Positions 1 through 14,300 are shown, counted from the first letter of the whole stretch. The stretch is 63,443 nucleotides of DNA, filler included, from Reticulomyxa filosa (GCA_000512085.1; 14 parts of 14 records of this genome joined end to end with filler, not necessarily neighbours in it), one strand, 5' to 3'. The notes: generated from the letters alone by a model not told the origin. Numbers and translations: made by a program.

Positions 1-3000
1 GTTTTTGCTTCGACAAATGGGACATTTGACTATTCGCAAATTGCTGCTGTGCTACATATACTCCTTCAAACACATATAACAAAATGAATGGCCACAACAC
101 AATGTCACTGGTGCTACGTACATATACCACATTCAATATCTTGCTTTAATTTGTCTATTCTCGTTGCTTGTGTTTATTTCTTCTTTTTTTTTTTCTTCTT
201 TTGTATTCGTCTTCTTTCGTCTGTTTTTTTGATTATTCCTTTTTTTCTTTGTACCTCTATCTTGTTCTTGTTCTTTTTTTTCCATTATATCTTCATTCTT
301 TTCCATTTTATCTTGCATTTCGCTTTCCATTATCTTTTCTTCTTCTGTCTCTTCATCTTTTTCCATGTGCAATTATCGCTGTCTTTTGGAACACGAGTCC
401 AGTGACGCTAAATTTACATCTGGGCCCAGCATAAGTAAAGTACGCTGTCTTCTATTGCGTTTCAAGCATGTCGCACTTTGTTCGCTCATTATATTAGTTG
501 CTGCTACTACAAGCAAGAAAAACACATCAGTTCAAAAACAATTCTTCTCAGGGTCACAATTTTTTCCATTGACTATGTGTTTTGACCAGTGTAAAAGCGA
601 ACTAAAGTTGAAAATTGTTGATATTTTCCAAGCTTACTTCCTTTTACATCGTTTAAATACTTTATAGTGAATTCAAATATCAATGTGACATACAATTTAT
701 CATTTTTATTGTCCTAATGTTCTGCAACATTTGCTCCCTTTAGCAAGTTTTCGTTGAAGCAGAGTATTTAAACTAAAATAAAGAACATCTCCACGAATTT
801 TATTAAGTATTTTTTCCTTAATCATAACAATTTGTACATAAGAGTCATTGTGAGAAAATAAAATTCAGGATTCAGTTATTCTATTATTTGTTGAATCCTT
901 AAAATCAGTTTTGTTTATATATGTATATAATATATAATATAATTAAATTTTTTGCATAAAATCAAATTTGAACATTCAAGAATATGATTTTTGAAACTTA
1001 AAATTTAATTATTATCATTATAGAAAAGTGAAATTCATTATACATAAAGTTTAAGTAAAAATGATATGTGTTGCAATCATTTACAAATTGTTAAATTTGT
1101 GATAATTGAATATGTAGTATTATCATGATTAAAAGCATTTGCCACAATTAATGCATTTTGCTTTTTTTTTAGATAAATAATTGAATCTTTGCATTGTTTG
1201 TTTGATATTAAGTTCTTTTTTTCTTAAGCTTTATGAATCCTTAATTTCGATTTTTATATAATCATGTAGAAAAATGATTTAAAGTATTCTACAAATATAC
1301 ATTATCAATATAACTATTTTTCTAAACAGTACTAAAAGAAAAAAACTATATGTATATATATTATAAGTTTTTTGAAATCTATTAACACGAAAATGTTTTT
1401 AAGGATCTATATACAACTTGTTATGACGACTTATAATTTTGATAATTAAAATTATCAAATTATTTATGCACAAATACTTTGACTGAAGCAAAGTCATAAA
1501 AATGAACATATATAAGAAATTAATGAATGATTGTTTAAATATATTTATAAATTTGTATATATAATAATTGATTGATTATTGTCTTATTATATTGGAAAAG
1601 AGTATATCTTTATTAGACTGCAAAGATGAATTGCTGTTCAATAATTATCAAGATTTGTATGCTGTATGTAATATATAACAATATTTATATATTTATATTT
1701 TATTTGTTTATTTGCGTTATAGTACAAAAAGTCATTCCCAACTTACTAAGACAATTGTCTAAAAAAAAAAAGAAAAAAAAAGAAAATGAAGAAAATAAAT
1801 ATGACAAAGATTGTAATTATTGCAAAAATGATAATGATATAAAGTATTCTACATTATCTTCATCTGAAGAGTTGACAGTTTACGATATTCACCATTATCA
1901 TCTAGTGATAATTTCATGAATAAAGAAAATATTACATTAGAGCCATTATCACTACAATAATTATAACTACAATCATCGCAACAATTGTCATCATTACGAT
2001 CATAACAATCTCCATCATCAATATTATCGTTATTATAATTATTAGCTTTATCATTACCACCAATAGAACAAAAAGAAGAATACGATATTCAATATTAAGT
2101 TCAGATTTGATGAATATATTCATCAAGTGGATATAATGTACAATATTTTATCACAACAAAAATATTCAAATCAAGTACATATTGTGGATTAAATATATGA
2201 TAGCACCTATTGATATACCAATGGGCCAATCAACAATATAACCAATGGATAATCATATTGGAAAATCTATTAGTATGAGCACTGACACATATTTGAAAGT
2301 ATCAACGAATTGAATTTTACTAACATTATTGAAAATGTCACATAAATAATTTTATATTTCTCCACTTCAAGCAAATCATTATCGATAACACGAATACGAT
2401 TTGATGCTGTTGTTGATTACATACTTTAATTTATAAAAATATATAGCCTTTTGTTATGTTATTTCATAAATCAAATAAATTTAAAAGGAAAATGCAATTC
2501 ATATTATCGCCATTATGAAGCAAATTTGTAGTTATCTTGAATATGAGGTTTGTCAAATATTTTTTGCTACATTAGTATCAATGTGTATCGATTCAATATA
2601 TGAAGCATCTGGGCAACAACCATAACAAATAGTATATTTAAGACTTAAAACTTTTGGAAAGCGACTGTTAAAACAAAAAGCACATTTTTGTTAAAAAAAG
2701 AAGAATGTGTAAAATAAATTTTTATTTTTCTAAATGAAATAGAACTAAAAATTGCTTTGCATGCAATTTTTAGTATAATAATCAAGTATTTGAATATTCC
2801 ATATTTTTGGACAAAAAAGGAAATAGTTGTAAAAAAAAAATCCACTTTCAAGTTTTTAAGAAAGAAATCAAAGATTTTGGATTGAAATGTAATTTTTTTG
2901 CACAAAGAAAACATTTGTTGATTTAATTGTTGTTTTGCTTTTTAATGTATTGCAATTGAATATTTTGCAAGTTTCAAATAATATGCATTAAAAAAAATTC

Positions 3001-3431
3001 ATTGTTATTTAATCAGAGTGCAAAATCATGTAAACAAAGCAAAAATCAACTGAACATTAAACAATATTGCATTTCTATCTGAAAGAAAAGAGTCAAAAAT
3101 ACACTCATCATCCTAATTGTGAATCGAACCGTTCGCTTTCGTGTGCTGTTCTTTGCAATTGTGGTGATGGACATTTGTTATGCTTCGAACATCACAAGTT
3201 GCATGTGCATAATCTTATAAAAAAAGTAAATTGTTATTTAGACATTTTACTTGTTTTTTTGTCACAAAGACAAAGAATAAAAACAGCAAATTCTTCGATA
3301 ATTGAACTATTTTTATCATTTTTTGCATGCTTGGACAATATAGCAATCTTAATAATCTTTATAAAAGTTAAACATCACAAAGTACAAATTTAGACGGATT
3401 GCATAAAGTTATACAGAAACTACAAAATATG

Positions 3432-3455
3432 GCTTAGTGCTTAGGGCTTATGGCT
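3432..3455 (+). repeat. Degenerate interstitial (GCTTAGG)n repeat, about 3.5 units
   Basis: GCTTAGT GCTTAGG GCTTATG GCT; same unit as the array at 48831-48865. Confidence 0.6.
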
Positions 3456-3800
3456 AAAGAAATTACGTTAGCCTTTGCAAACGAATGGATCTATAGGTAT
3501 GTCATTCCAGAAACAATTCTATCAGATAATTGCACACAATTTACAGTCAAAATTGCAAAATTTATGTCAGAAATAATGTGGATAAAGCAATTATTTACAT
3601 CATCTTATCATCCACAAACAAATAGAATGCTTGAAAGTTTTTATTGATATTTGAAGGAAAGATTATTGACAATTGCAGTTCGGAATTTGGATTTCTCAAG
3701 TGATGATAAATGGACTTTATTCTTACAAGCAATAGTTGCATCTTACAACACCACACCAAACAAAATATCAATAGTAAGTCCTAATGAATTTATGTGATGA
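3450..3800 (+). pseudogene. Degenerate LTR-retrotransposon (Ty3/Gypsy-like) integrase core (rve) fragment
   Basis: Translation EWIYRYVIPETILSDNCTQF...FTSSYHPQTNRMLESFY*YLKERL...KWTLFLQAIVASYNTTPNK...SPNEFM matches rve motifs WIxRYGxP-ILSDNGxQF, YHPQTNGxxER, W...YNxT...SP. It has in-frame stops and has lost conserved Gly residues. Confidence 0.85.
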
Positions 3801-4064
3801 AAAGTTTTATTTGATACCAGATACAAAACTAAAGTTGTTATCGAATTTATTAAAGTTAGAATGACTTTGGATCGAATTTTATTTTGAGAAAAGGTTTGAA
3901 GCTGCGTAAGATGCCATTAAAAACCCTTGGTACTATACTCATATTTTGCGCAACACCAATGTTACTTTATCGATATGTGTTCAAATACAAGTTGGAGAGG
4001 AATTGCATCAAATCAGAGCATTCTTTTCAATACAGTTTATAATTTATAGTCGATTTTTGATATG

Positions 4065-4164
4065 NNNNNNNNNNNNNNNNNNNNNNNNNNNNNNNNNNNN
4101 NNNNNNNNTTAATTAATTAANNNNNNNNNNNNNNNNNNNNNNNNNNNNNNNNNNNNNNNNNNNN
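4065..4164. other. Artificial contig spacer, first of 13 (others start at 8979, 15456, 17812, 41993, 44495, 46622, 48866, 50635, 55427, 57698, 59971, 62296)
   Basis: Identical 100-bp N44-TTAATTAATTAA-N44 linker with stops in all six frames. Confidence 0.98.
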
Positions 4165-5544
4165 CAAGAGCGTTAATCATAACAAAAAAAAGATATTATT
4201 ATTTATTTACTATTCATTTGTTTTTGCTACACAAAAAAAAAAGGTAAGTAGAGATTTTTACAACAAAAAAAAAGTTCTTTTTAAAACTATATAATTGCTC
4301 ATACAACAAATCAATTCTTGTTTTAATCAATTTAAATATCTATATTATAATTTTTTGTTTTTTTTTATTGCTAGTGTATTTGCAGGTATTTCAAATCTTC
4401 TGTCATTTGGTTTCAAGTAACTGCATCTAATGATTATTACAGTTTTTTTGATAGACTTCAAGACAATGTCAATGAGTGTTCACTCAAAGTCTTAGTGTCG
4501 AATAATTACGCTTGTTAAACTTGTAATTGAAAAACAATGTTTATTTTTGCTTGATAGCTGCGTCCCATGTAAGGGCACGCAATCCCTTTAATTCTTTTGC
4601 GAAATTCTCAAACACATTTTTATAATGCTATTTTATATCTTTTTTCTGAAATGCAAAAAAAACATCACAAAAATGCTAACAACAATTTAGTCTTTTTAAA
4701 ATTGTCCTTTTATCAATAAATTGTAGAAAGTTCTAACCTGTGAAAACTTTATCTCCAATTTTTTTGGAGTAAGAATAAAAGTAACTCTATTTTCTTGTAA
4801 TTGGAACTTATTATTATTTCATTATGTCTTCATTTATTAAGAGTTTGATGAAATATTGTTAAATGTGCAATAAAATAAAATAAAATAAAACTTTTCTCTT
4901 CCACAATTATTCATTTTTAACATTATGATGAAGAGTTTTTTTCTTTATCCAAAAAGTTTGCGTTTAGAAAGGGAAGAACCTAAAACTCTACTTTAGAAAG
5001 TAGTTTTTTTTGGACTATCAATGAAAATGCAACAAAATCTATGTCCATTTTACGATACTTTGCTAAAGTTTGTAAGATTATTTTAAAAATATTCCATCTT
5101 TACAAGGAATCACAAATTGTGGATGTGGAAAATCAATTACAAAATTTTGGATTCAAAAAAGGAAATGACATAATTGTATTACAATATGATAACATTCAGT
5201 TATTAAATGTCAGATGGTAGTCAACAAAAAAGCAATGTATTGGTCAAATATATATGTTTATTTATTGTTGTTAAAAAGCAAATGTATCGAGTAATTTCGA
5301 TAATAAACAGAATGTGAAAAAAGTATCTGCATGTGTAAAATATGATTACATAAATTATTACCACATCCACTACAACGATTTGTTTTTCTTGAAAAAAAGA
5401 CGCAGGAATGAAAAAAAATTCTGCTCCAACTCTGCATCCAGTTTATTGTAATACAAATTAAGTTAATTTTTTTAAGACTGTTCAAAGGGAGGTCGCTCAT
5501 TCCCTTTTTAAACATTTTAATAAGTTCATCAACATTAATATAAC

Positions 5545-6759
5545 ATGGGTAATCAAAACAAAACTTTCTTTCAAAGTTTGAAGGAGTTGCCAATTCCACT
5601 TTTTCAATCTCAATGTGTGGTACACAAACACGAACTACTCATTTGTGAAAGAGCTTGTTATTCTTATCATACAATTAAAAATGAATACAAGTTTATCTGT
5701 GAGTATCCAAGTGATGTCAAATTATCGGGACACTGTGTAGTGAAACTGGTAGACAAGGACAGCAACAAACACAGAAATCAAATTACTTTGTTGTCTTTTG
5801 GTGGAAGTGAATATACAAAAAGACATACATTGATAATGAAATATGTAAGTGTTTGGAGTAATATGTCAAGCAATTCAAACAATCACAATCAATGGGTTCC
5901 TTTCACAGACAATCACAATCATCCAATAATCATTGGAAGAAATAATAGTGATTATCGAGGAGGTCGTGCAGTATTGGTGGAAGCAACAATCATTTGTTAT
6001 TTATCACTTATAGAGATAATAATATTAATGTGTTTGATTTAAATACATTTCAATTTATTAAACATGATACTTTATCAACTCTTTATGAAGTAGCTTTTCA
6101 TTGCTTTGTATCAAATTCAAAAAAAGTACAAAGACGAGAAATAATGAAAACAAATGAAAGAAAAAAATAAACAACATCATCAATTGCTGTTGTTCAAACA
6201 GAATGCAGGGTTATCAATTGAATATGATGAAGATAACAACACTTTTCAATTTCATAAACTACCTGTTTGTGATGATATTGCACCACTTTATTATTATGCA
6301 TATGTGTGTATTAATGATGCCATATTCTTTTTTGGTGGATATAGTAATTTCACTTATTCAAAGTCAGTGCACAAGTATTCAATTCGAGAAAACAAATGGA
6401 TGACATTTCAAAACACATTACCCAATCCATTGTGTCATTGTGCTGCAATATGGAGCGAAGAAGACAATCATATACATATTATTGGAGGACAAGATAATAA
6501 AGGGAAAATAATATCAACTCACATGAAGACCAATGTACGTGTGTGGGATCCTTCACAATTGGTATATGTATATATTTATTTTTGATGAAACACAAATAAA
6601 TTGTATTGCGTAAAACTGATTGACAAATAATACTTAATAAAAAATGAACAGTCAAAAAATGATACAAAATTCATTATCAAATATTTGATTCGAATTTCAG
6701 AAATAAAACTAGGATGGATCGATGATTTTGACAAAATTATTATAAAATACAGTAGATGA
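5545..6759 (+). pseudogene. Kelch-repeat beta-propeller gene (foraminiferan expanded family), frameshifted; last exon carries the GWIDDFDK cassette
   Basis: Motifs LKELPIPLFQSQCV, LLSFGG, AIFFFGGY...SVHKYSIRENKW, IHIIGG. Frame changes near 5973 and 6160. GT-AG intron 6562-6651, then exon SKNDTKFIIKYLIRISEIKLGWIDDFDKIIIKYSR*. Confidence 0.8.
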
Positions 6760-8591
6760 AATAATATTTAACATATATTGAGATAATTAAGATAAATCAT
6801 GTCATCTTTATATATAATTTTGATTTGGTTTTTTTATTTGTGTAAGTTTCATAATCATGAAATTTACCAACTTTTTAAATTAAATTGAAAGATTGGATTA
6901 AAAATATAATTTTTATACGCAGAAAGAAGTTGCGAATTATCTTGTTGTTATTCCCTATTACGGTAGGAACGAAATTTTTCATTATGATACAGTGATTGTG
7001 ATTGTTACGCAAATGTTGCACTTGAGCAACAAAGTACGTTGAAAACATGGAAAAAGATTATTATTCTTATCGAAAAAACAACTCAAAACAAGAAATGCAA
7101 CATATTGGTGGTAATTGAAGAAATAATGTTATTTCATTATTCATGGCAGTGTCGTTGTTCGATGACTATCAATTGATCAAAACAAAAGGAAAAAGGAAAA
7201 TAGAATTTAATTTCATTGATATGAAATCATTGTAATAATATAAACAAATGCATTTCTCCAAATAGAACACCTAAAAAACATTTTACATTTTTTAAAAAGG
7301 TATCATGCCATTATGTGACACAATCAATATTCAACTTTTTCGTAAAAAAATCGTAGTCTTTGTTTCTAAGTCTTATATGATAAATATTTTCAATGAAATT
7401 AAATGATATTTTCCTTTTTTTTTTTTATTTAGATCAGCTGATAGTCATTGAGCACTGTTATAAATAATGAAAAAACAATTGGAAAAAAAAAGTATAGATA
7501 TTCGAAAGAGTACCAATCTATAAACTATCCAAAATTGCATCCAAAGAGACTACAGACAAACGAAATGATAAAATATAATTGGAGAAAGAAACGCATGAAT
7601 TTAAACAAAATAAATCAATGGATATAAATATTGTTTAATTTAATGACAGAACATTGCTTGAGAAAAATAATCTCACATATACAACATATTTATGTGGCCT
7701 TTTATATTTTTTTGAAGAATTTTTTGTTGTTATGTCCAAATTCAAAACACAAACAAAATATCACTTGAGAGGACAATAAAAATACCATTACAAAGTTAAA
7801 CTCTTTTTTTGCAACAACAAGACGAGCTATTAAATCTTTGTTACGAAAAAACCATTTTTTAAGAAATGAAAATCATAAAACAAACGTCCACACAGAATAG
7901 TTGTATTCGTTTTGTTGTGTTATGTGAAACAAATGTGATTAATAGAACAAAATCCCACATTATTTCAAAAAACATTTGATGTCATTAAGTTTTTTAAAGA
8001 AAAAAAGCTCTTCATCATAATAAAGAAAAGAATCATGTTGACCTCGAATGTGAGATTATTACTTAATGTAATCAAGTTATATTTTATTACATGTTGATTT
8101 AATCATTCCTTTTTTTCTTCCAAGTTTTTCAACCAAAACAGAAGGACAAACAAATTCGATTCCATTTTAGAAAATTGTTTGCAAGTGATAACTCTGTTTT
8201 CTACTCCAATTTTACCCATTTGAAGAAATATCAAACACATTTAAAGTTTATAAAAGTTGTGCTAAATTATACTTTTTATTCAACATCGAAATTCCTTTTT
8301 CTTTTCAAACATTCTTTAAAACTACAAAAAAAATTGAACAACTATTTTCAAAGATTTGTTGAAAGCCTTTTGAAAAAAAACTTGTGATGTATGTGCATAC
8401 TCAGCTTTGGGCAAATTCTTTTTAAAAAATTTCTTGTCTTCACTGAAAGAAAAATCATATGTATTGTTAAAATCCATTTTTCATGTTGCCAAAAATATTT
8501 TTAAAAACCCCTTTCATTGCCCTTGAGAAAAAAAAAAGCTCAATATCTTCCATTTTACATCATCAAAAACGATATTAAGAAAAAAAACAAA

Positions 8592-8978
8592 ATGACAACT
8601 CTTAGCAATGAGAAGCAAACTTCAACACAATTAGCATTGGTAAGCTTTATCACAAGCTTTTAGAAAGTTTGTTTCCTTTTTTTGTTTTATTTATTGTATA
8701 TAATTTGATTAAAACAGTCTGAAGAAGAAAGAATTCAAGTAATTGTACATCATTGGATTCGAATATTGAAAATCAAATTAGGATGGATTAATGAATTTGA
8801 TAGACTTGTTGTCAATTATGTTAGTTCATTTATTCTTTCTTTTTTAAAAATAACAATCAAAACATTCCAATATTACTTAACATAGTTGACTGCTGTCTTC
8901 ATGTTTGATACATTTTGTTCATCATCTAAATTACTCAATACATTCACTGGACATACAAGCACTGTGTGGAGTATTGAT
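8592..8978 (+). CDS. WD40-repeat protein, 5' part (3 exons, truncated by contig end)
   Basis: Exon 8592-8639; exon 8718-8819 (SEEERIQVIVHHWIRILKIKLGWINEFDRLVVNY); exon from 8886 (MFDTFCSSSKLLNTFTGHTSTVWSID). Paralogous to 46722-47546. Confidence 0.8.
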
Positions 8979-9079
8979 NNNNNNNNNNNNNNNNNNNNNN
9001 NNNNNNNNNNNNNNNNNNNNNNTTAATTAATTAANNNNNNNNNNNNNNNNNNNNNNNNNNNNNNNNNNNNNNNNNNNNG

Positions 9080-9975
9080 TTGATCGATGAAATCTCGCTG
9101 GCCGAAGACGCCGTGTTGGAGCCATCCAGAACTTTGTTCTTGGCCAAAAAGGGTGGCAATCAGACCGAGGAGATTGTCGCCAATCCATTGTTTCGAATCT
9201 TGAGCACAATGAAAATCGGAGGGAACTTTGGAAAGAAGGAGCTGTCGCCCGCGTTGCGAAATAGATTTACCGAAATATGGGTACCCTCGCTCGTGGAAAG
9301 AGATGAAGATTTGCTGGCCATTATCAAAGAGCGAGCAAGGAATCAAAGCGAATTGATCCACTTTGCGCCGTTGATCATCGATTTTATGAAGTGGATAAAA
9401 TCGCAAAATGAAATCGCCGTTTCGTTGCGAAATATTGTTAGCTGGGTTGACTTTATGATGCACTTTGGCACAAAGCAGTCCCAATCGCAAGCAAATCATA
9501 AGCCTTGGATTCAAGCGTACATTGACGGCGCGCATTTGATCTTTTTGGACGGACTCAGCATTGGCACCACCATTGTCGCATACACGTTCCTCTCATTTGC
9601 GGAAACACGCCATCGATTTTCTGCGTCAGCAATTGAAGGACCAGTCGAACCTGTTTGATATCCACATTGATATCAACGATGAAGAATTGAAAGTAATCGA
9701 AACCAAATCCGAAGTTTGTATGGGCGTCTTTAAAAAAGCACAATTGCATGCAGGAACAGGGACAGAGAATGTAAAGCCTAGTCGATCATTGTCCTATGCT
9801 TAAATGTACCCACAGTCAAACGGAATTTGACGAAGATATTAAGTGCACTGTCTTTACCAAAGGCAATATTGCTCGAGGGCAGTCCGGGCGTGGGCAAAAC
9901 GTCATTGATAGCGGTGTTGGGACACATGATCGGATGTGACGTGGTGCGAGTCAATTTGTCGAAAAAACGGACCTG
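9080..9975 (+). pseudogene. MDN1: Midasin (MDN1/Rea1) AAA-ring fragment, pseudogene
   Basis: DEISLAEDAVLE, GGNFGKKELSPALRNRFTEIWV, FLDGL and ILLEGSPGVGKTSL...VVRVNLS are midasin AAA motifs. Several frameshifts, a deleted RLNSVLE segment and an abrupt end near 9975. Confidence 0.88.
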
Positions 9976-11399
9976 CCGCAGGCCATGGTGATTGGGTCGA
10001 AACCGTGCAAGGTGAAGTCATGGTGAAACACACTTTTGCCTTGGGACTTCAACATAAGGGATATGTCTTCAAGGGAAAAAGATCGACAACAAATATCTCA
10101 ATTCTTGAAACATTGCAACTTGAAAGTTCTTTTTCTATAAGAAAAATAGAACTCAGATTAATGGATGATTGATTTTTTTTTTCATATTTTCTTTTATTGT
10201 TTGGCTGTATTCTACATTCTTCAAATATTTGACCGTAAAAAATCCAACATTACATATAATAATATATCACAAACATTATATAATTCAAGTATACATCATC
10301 TATGGATATCATTGTAATACAATTTACTTTATTTAATATTGTTAATTTTTAGGAATCATCTACTTCATACAAGAGTACCTAAAAAGCTAGTACTTGATTC
10401 CAATAAACTTGTATATTTAGATAATTAAGAAGATGTTTGTAAATATAATATAATAATGGAATTGATGTTTATATTTACCAAACTCGCATTCAAATGATTA
10501 TTTGTAAGTTATTTTGAGATGTCATTGAATAAGATTTAATGGCTCTTTTTATATTAAATAAAATTCTTTTCGAATAATTTATTTTATAATCATCATTGAA
10601 ATAACAATGTTCATTTTTAAGCAACTTATCACTTTCAAAATTTAATTCAAAGAAATTGATAGTGTGAATCACTTCTGCGGAAAGAAAAACAAATAATTTG
10701 TGTTAAACATTCAAAATCGTACATAATAGAAGAAATAGGTTTTCTTCTTGATCGAATATGTAGTGTCCCTTGAATGTATTGACAATGCAACACGAAGATT
10801 GATCTATAATTGAGCAAACATTAATGCAACTTGGTTCATTTTTTATCGTGTTTGTTCAATAAAAAACTAAACTACTTTTTTGGAATCAATCCAATTAATG
10901 TAGAGTTTTTTTGGAGAAGAAATACCACATGCGTGATTGCTATTTTTGTAAAAAAAGTTTATCAATAGATACATAACTTTCATCTTTTACATTATTTCAA
11001 ATTGTTGAATATTTACTGTATAAATTACCAACAAACGAAAATATTCTTCTGTTTCATTTTGCAAATATCTTTTTGTTTGTTTTGAAACTGTAATGAAACA
11101 ATTCAAACAACAATGAAACAGAAGTTAATCTTTGTCAAAAAGTTTTTTCTTTTAACATCCAAAGAAGGCCAAAGTGTTAATGTGCATTGATTAAAAACAT
11201 CAAAATCAACATAAGCAAGGTTTTATATTCTTTTGTGCATTGTATTGTATTGAAATTTAATGTAAATATTTTATTTGAATCAATTGCCATTTCCTACTGC
11301 TTTGGGTGTTTTCCAAAGTGCATTTGTTCCTGTATGCCTTTGACTTGGAGACCGCATTATACATAGTATGTTGAATGGTTTTTTTTTAAAGATAATATG

Positions 11400-14300
11400 T
11401 TATAATATTGACACGCGTGGCAAATTGAACTGGCACGCAGACATTCAACAACGAGTCGTTGGCAGTATTGTCAACATATCTTTTTTTGCGATAACATTAG
11501 GCCATCCATGACATGATACAATACAGTGACTAACGAAATAAAGTACTTAAAGTTCTTTGTCGTGTTCTTGACGATCATCAAACTCGGAATAAACAATTGA
11601 TCCAACCAATCGTAATTTTCTTCTTCTTTTCCTTTCTATTATTTTTTTTCTTCTTTTGTTTATCCAAAGATTGACTTTGTTTCCGTTCAAACTTTATTTG
11701 AACAATGATCACAACAGGACGAGATTCGGTTGGGTCAATGGCATTGGTATCCAAATCTGCCAATGGGACGGCCTCGTTGGATTGAGAGATCATACCGCAA
11801 GGCCATAGGAATATGAGGCAACTCGTTCAATTGTGCAGGATATGCTTTGAAAGGACAGACAGCACTACATTGTTCGATCATATCCATTGCCACCACGAAC
11901 ACAGATTCAACGAATTTTCCAAATTTATATTTGCATTATTGCCTTGAGAATATAGTCGTATAATACATTTATGCATCGATTTCCAACGGACGGAGATGGA
12001 CGATATCCAATTATCCATTTCGAATATCTTGAAAACGACAGCCAAGCGACACACAATCTTCGCGAAACAATGCTAGTCTCAAACTCATTAACACAACTCG
12101 ATAGCCCATTTCGCTTTTTAGATTGGTGAGGATTCCTTGTGAAGAATCAAAAATATATTTTCTCGAACATATGTTCATTTCGACATTGGGTATGTCCATT
12201 ATATTGTTGATGCTATTGGCATTGGCACTGCTATCCTTTGTTTGGACAGCGAGTTGTTGAGCATCCACAAACTGACAGTGGTGTCGTTTCGAATGGAGCA
12301 ATTGGTCGAACACAACAAAATGAGGATATGCAAAAGTCGTTATCGTCACTTGAATGTGTCACCACCTCGACCGAAGTGAATGAGCGAATCTACCACTATC
12401 ACTTGCATTTATGGTAAATGACAAACTGGTGCATATAAGTGTATTATATTACATCAATCACAAGGTCCCTGCTCCTTTTCCTAAGACAAAACAAAGTCCA
12501 ACAGACTCAATAGGCTTCGCATTGGGAGCGACCACAAATAGTCAGCGGCCAGCGAGTTTCGCGTCTCCAAATAATAAAGAAATTTACTGATGCACTGCAT
12601 TCGAACACACTATTCTTGCATCAGATTCCAATCGACGGTGCTGCGATGGTAATTCGAGAGTTGAGACAGTTGTCAATACAATGCTCTGGAAGCAAAGACC
12701 ATCATTATTACATGCACTATTTGTTCGCGCATCAACAGGTGTCATTTGCTCTGACAAAAAGTCGTTGTCACTAACTAATACCACTAATATTCACGTGGTA
12801 TTGGTTCCGTCTTTTTTGGAAAAAGTTAAAAGAGTTGTGAATTCAATGTCGATAACTCCGACAATGGTTCTCCGCCGTATACACTCAATCGCAATTTTTT
12901 GTTTGGCTTTCGCATATTTTGCCTCGACGTCGAACATAATAATGCCACTCATTATTGTCTTTTTTTTAAAAAAGTATCAAACAGACAGTGATATATAATT
13001 TATATCGTTTTTATATGCAAAACGTGTTTTTTCATTTTTCAGTTTGAATGCAAACTATTTTCCTTAAAAAAAAAAAAAAAAGCCAAATTCCTGGCAATTT
13101 CATCACAAAAACGAAAAACGAAAAAAAAAAAAAAAAAGAAACTTCAGGAATTCGTGAGATTGTGATTGGAGAACATCAATTTGACTATTCCAAACGTTTT
13201 GGAAACAGTGAATCGAATATCTCAGCAAGAAGACCAAACAACGTCGAAACAAAACACTGACATTGTCCAATTGGGAGTCGACGGATGTTTCTGATCTTGA
13301 ATGCATTCCACGGCAATATCGATATCCTTCCAATCGACATTGATCCACACTGCATATGCCATATTTGCCAGTGTTCACATGTCCATGTGGATAAGTACAT
13401 TCCTGCTGCAGAGACACTGTCGTACCTGCTTCACGTGCACTGCAGATACTCGATTTACAGATGCGAGTTAGCGCGAATGGGTTTGGCTCCATTTCCAACT
13501 TCCGAGGGTACATCCAGTTGCAAGATTTGGAGCAATGTGATCATATCGACTGGGTAGAGGAATACAAGACTCCAAGTGTTTCGGTACTCACGTTGGCGCT
13601 CAAATTCGATGACCATTGCATGCTTACGTTCACATGTCACTTCAGCCACCAAAATCAATGTTTTATCATCTATTCTTGCTCCCTTCTACAATGTTCTTGG
13701 GCATTGTCTCTTATTTCCTTTTCATTACTATCATGGCTGGCATGCATTCCTGAATTTGAGGCTGGTGATCTTCCAAATGCAGCAGCTTTTCTCCATGTTG
13801 CGACGACATCTGCCAATGTACAGTGATCGCATGTTTGGCACATTCATTCTTTCAGTAGATATGCTTCAGGTCAAGCTTGTCCATAGTCACGCTGCGATTG
13901 AACATGTCGAGACGACGTTCGGCGCCAAAGTACGCCTCGCAACACATTGGACAGACACGAGGCCTGATGCTGGTTCATGCTCGGTCAAAAGAGTGGTTAG
14001 CCGTTGATTCTCAGCGACGATAGATGGAGACGAGTTGAAGCCTGCGATTTCTGTTTTGTCTTGGTCATGATCATCATCGTCTATGTCATCCATCTTCTCA
14101 TCATCATCTTCCATGTGTATTGTGTTGTTCGCAGACTTGGAGTTGCTTCGTCGTATTATTATGATTTGGTGATGGGCCACTTTGTCGATTGTGCAAGCGC
14201 TTATATTGATATACACTGACTTTGATACTTGTGATTCGTGACCAAGGTATCGAGATTTCCAATTTGCGAATAAACCGCTGGTTATTTGCCATGTGTTGTC
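11400..14300 (-). pseudogene. Decayed coding-like region, parent gene unidentified
   Basis: GC is higher than flanks. A chain of short protein-like minus-strand ORFs (13887-14303, 13455-13658, 12584-12784, 12011-12349, 11578-11793) is broken by stops and frameshifts. Confidence 0.35.

Noticed and set aside
88-434. Phe-rich 'membrane protein' ORFs
   Set aside because: Antisense of an A-rich Lys/Glu low-complexity stretch; no family signal
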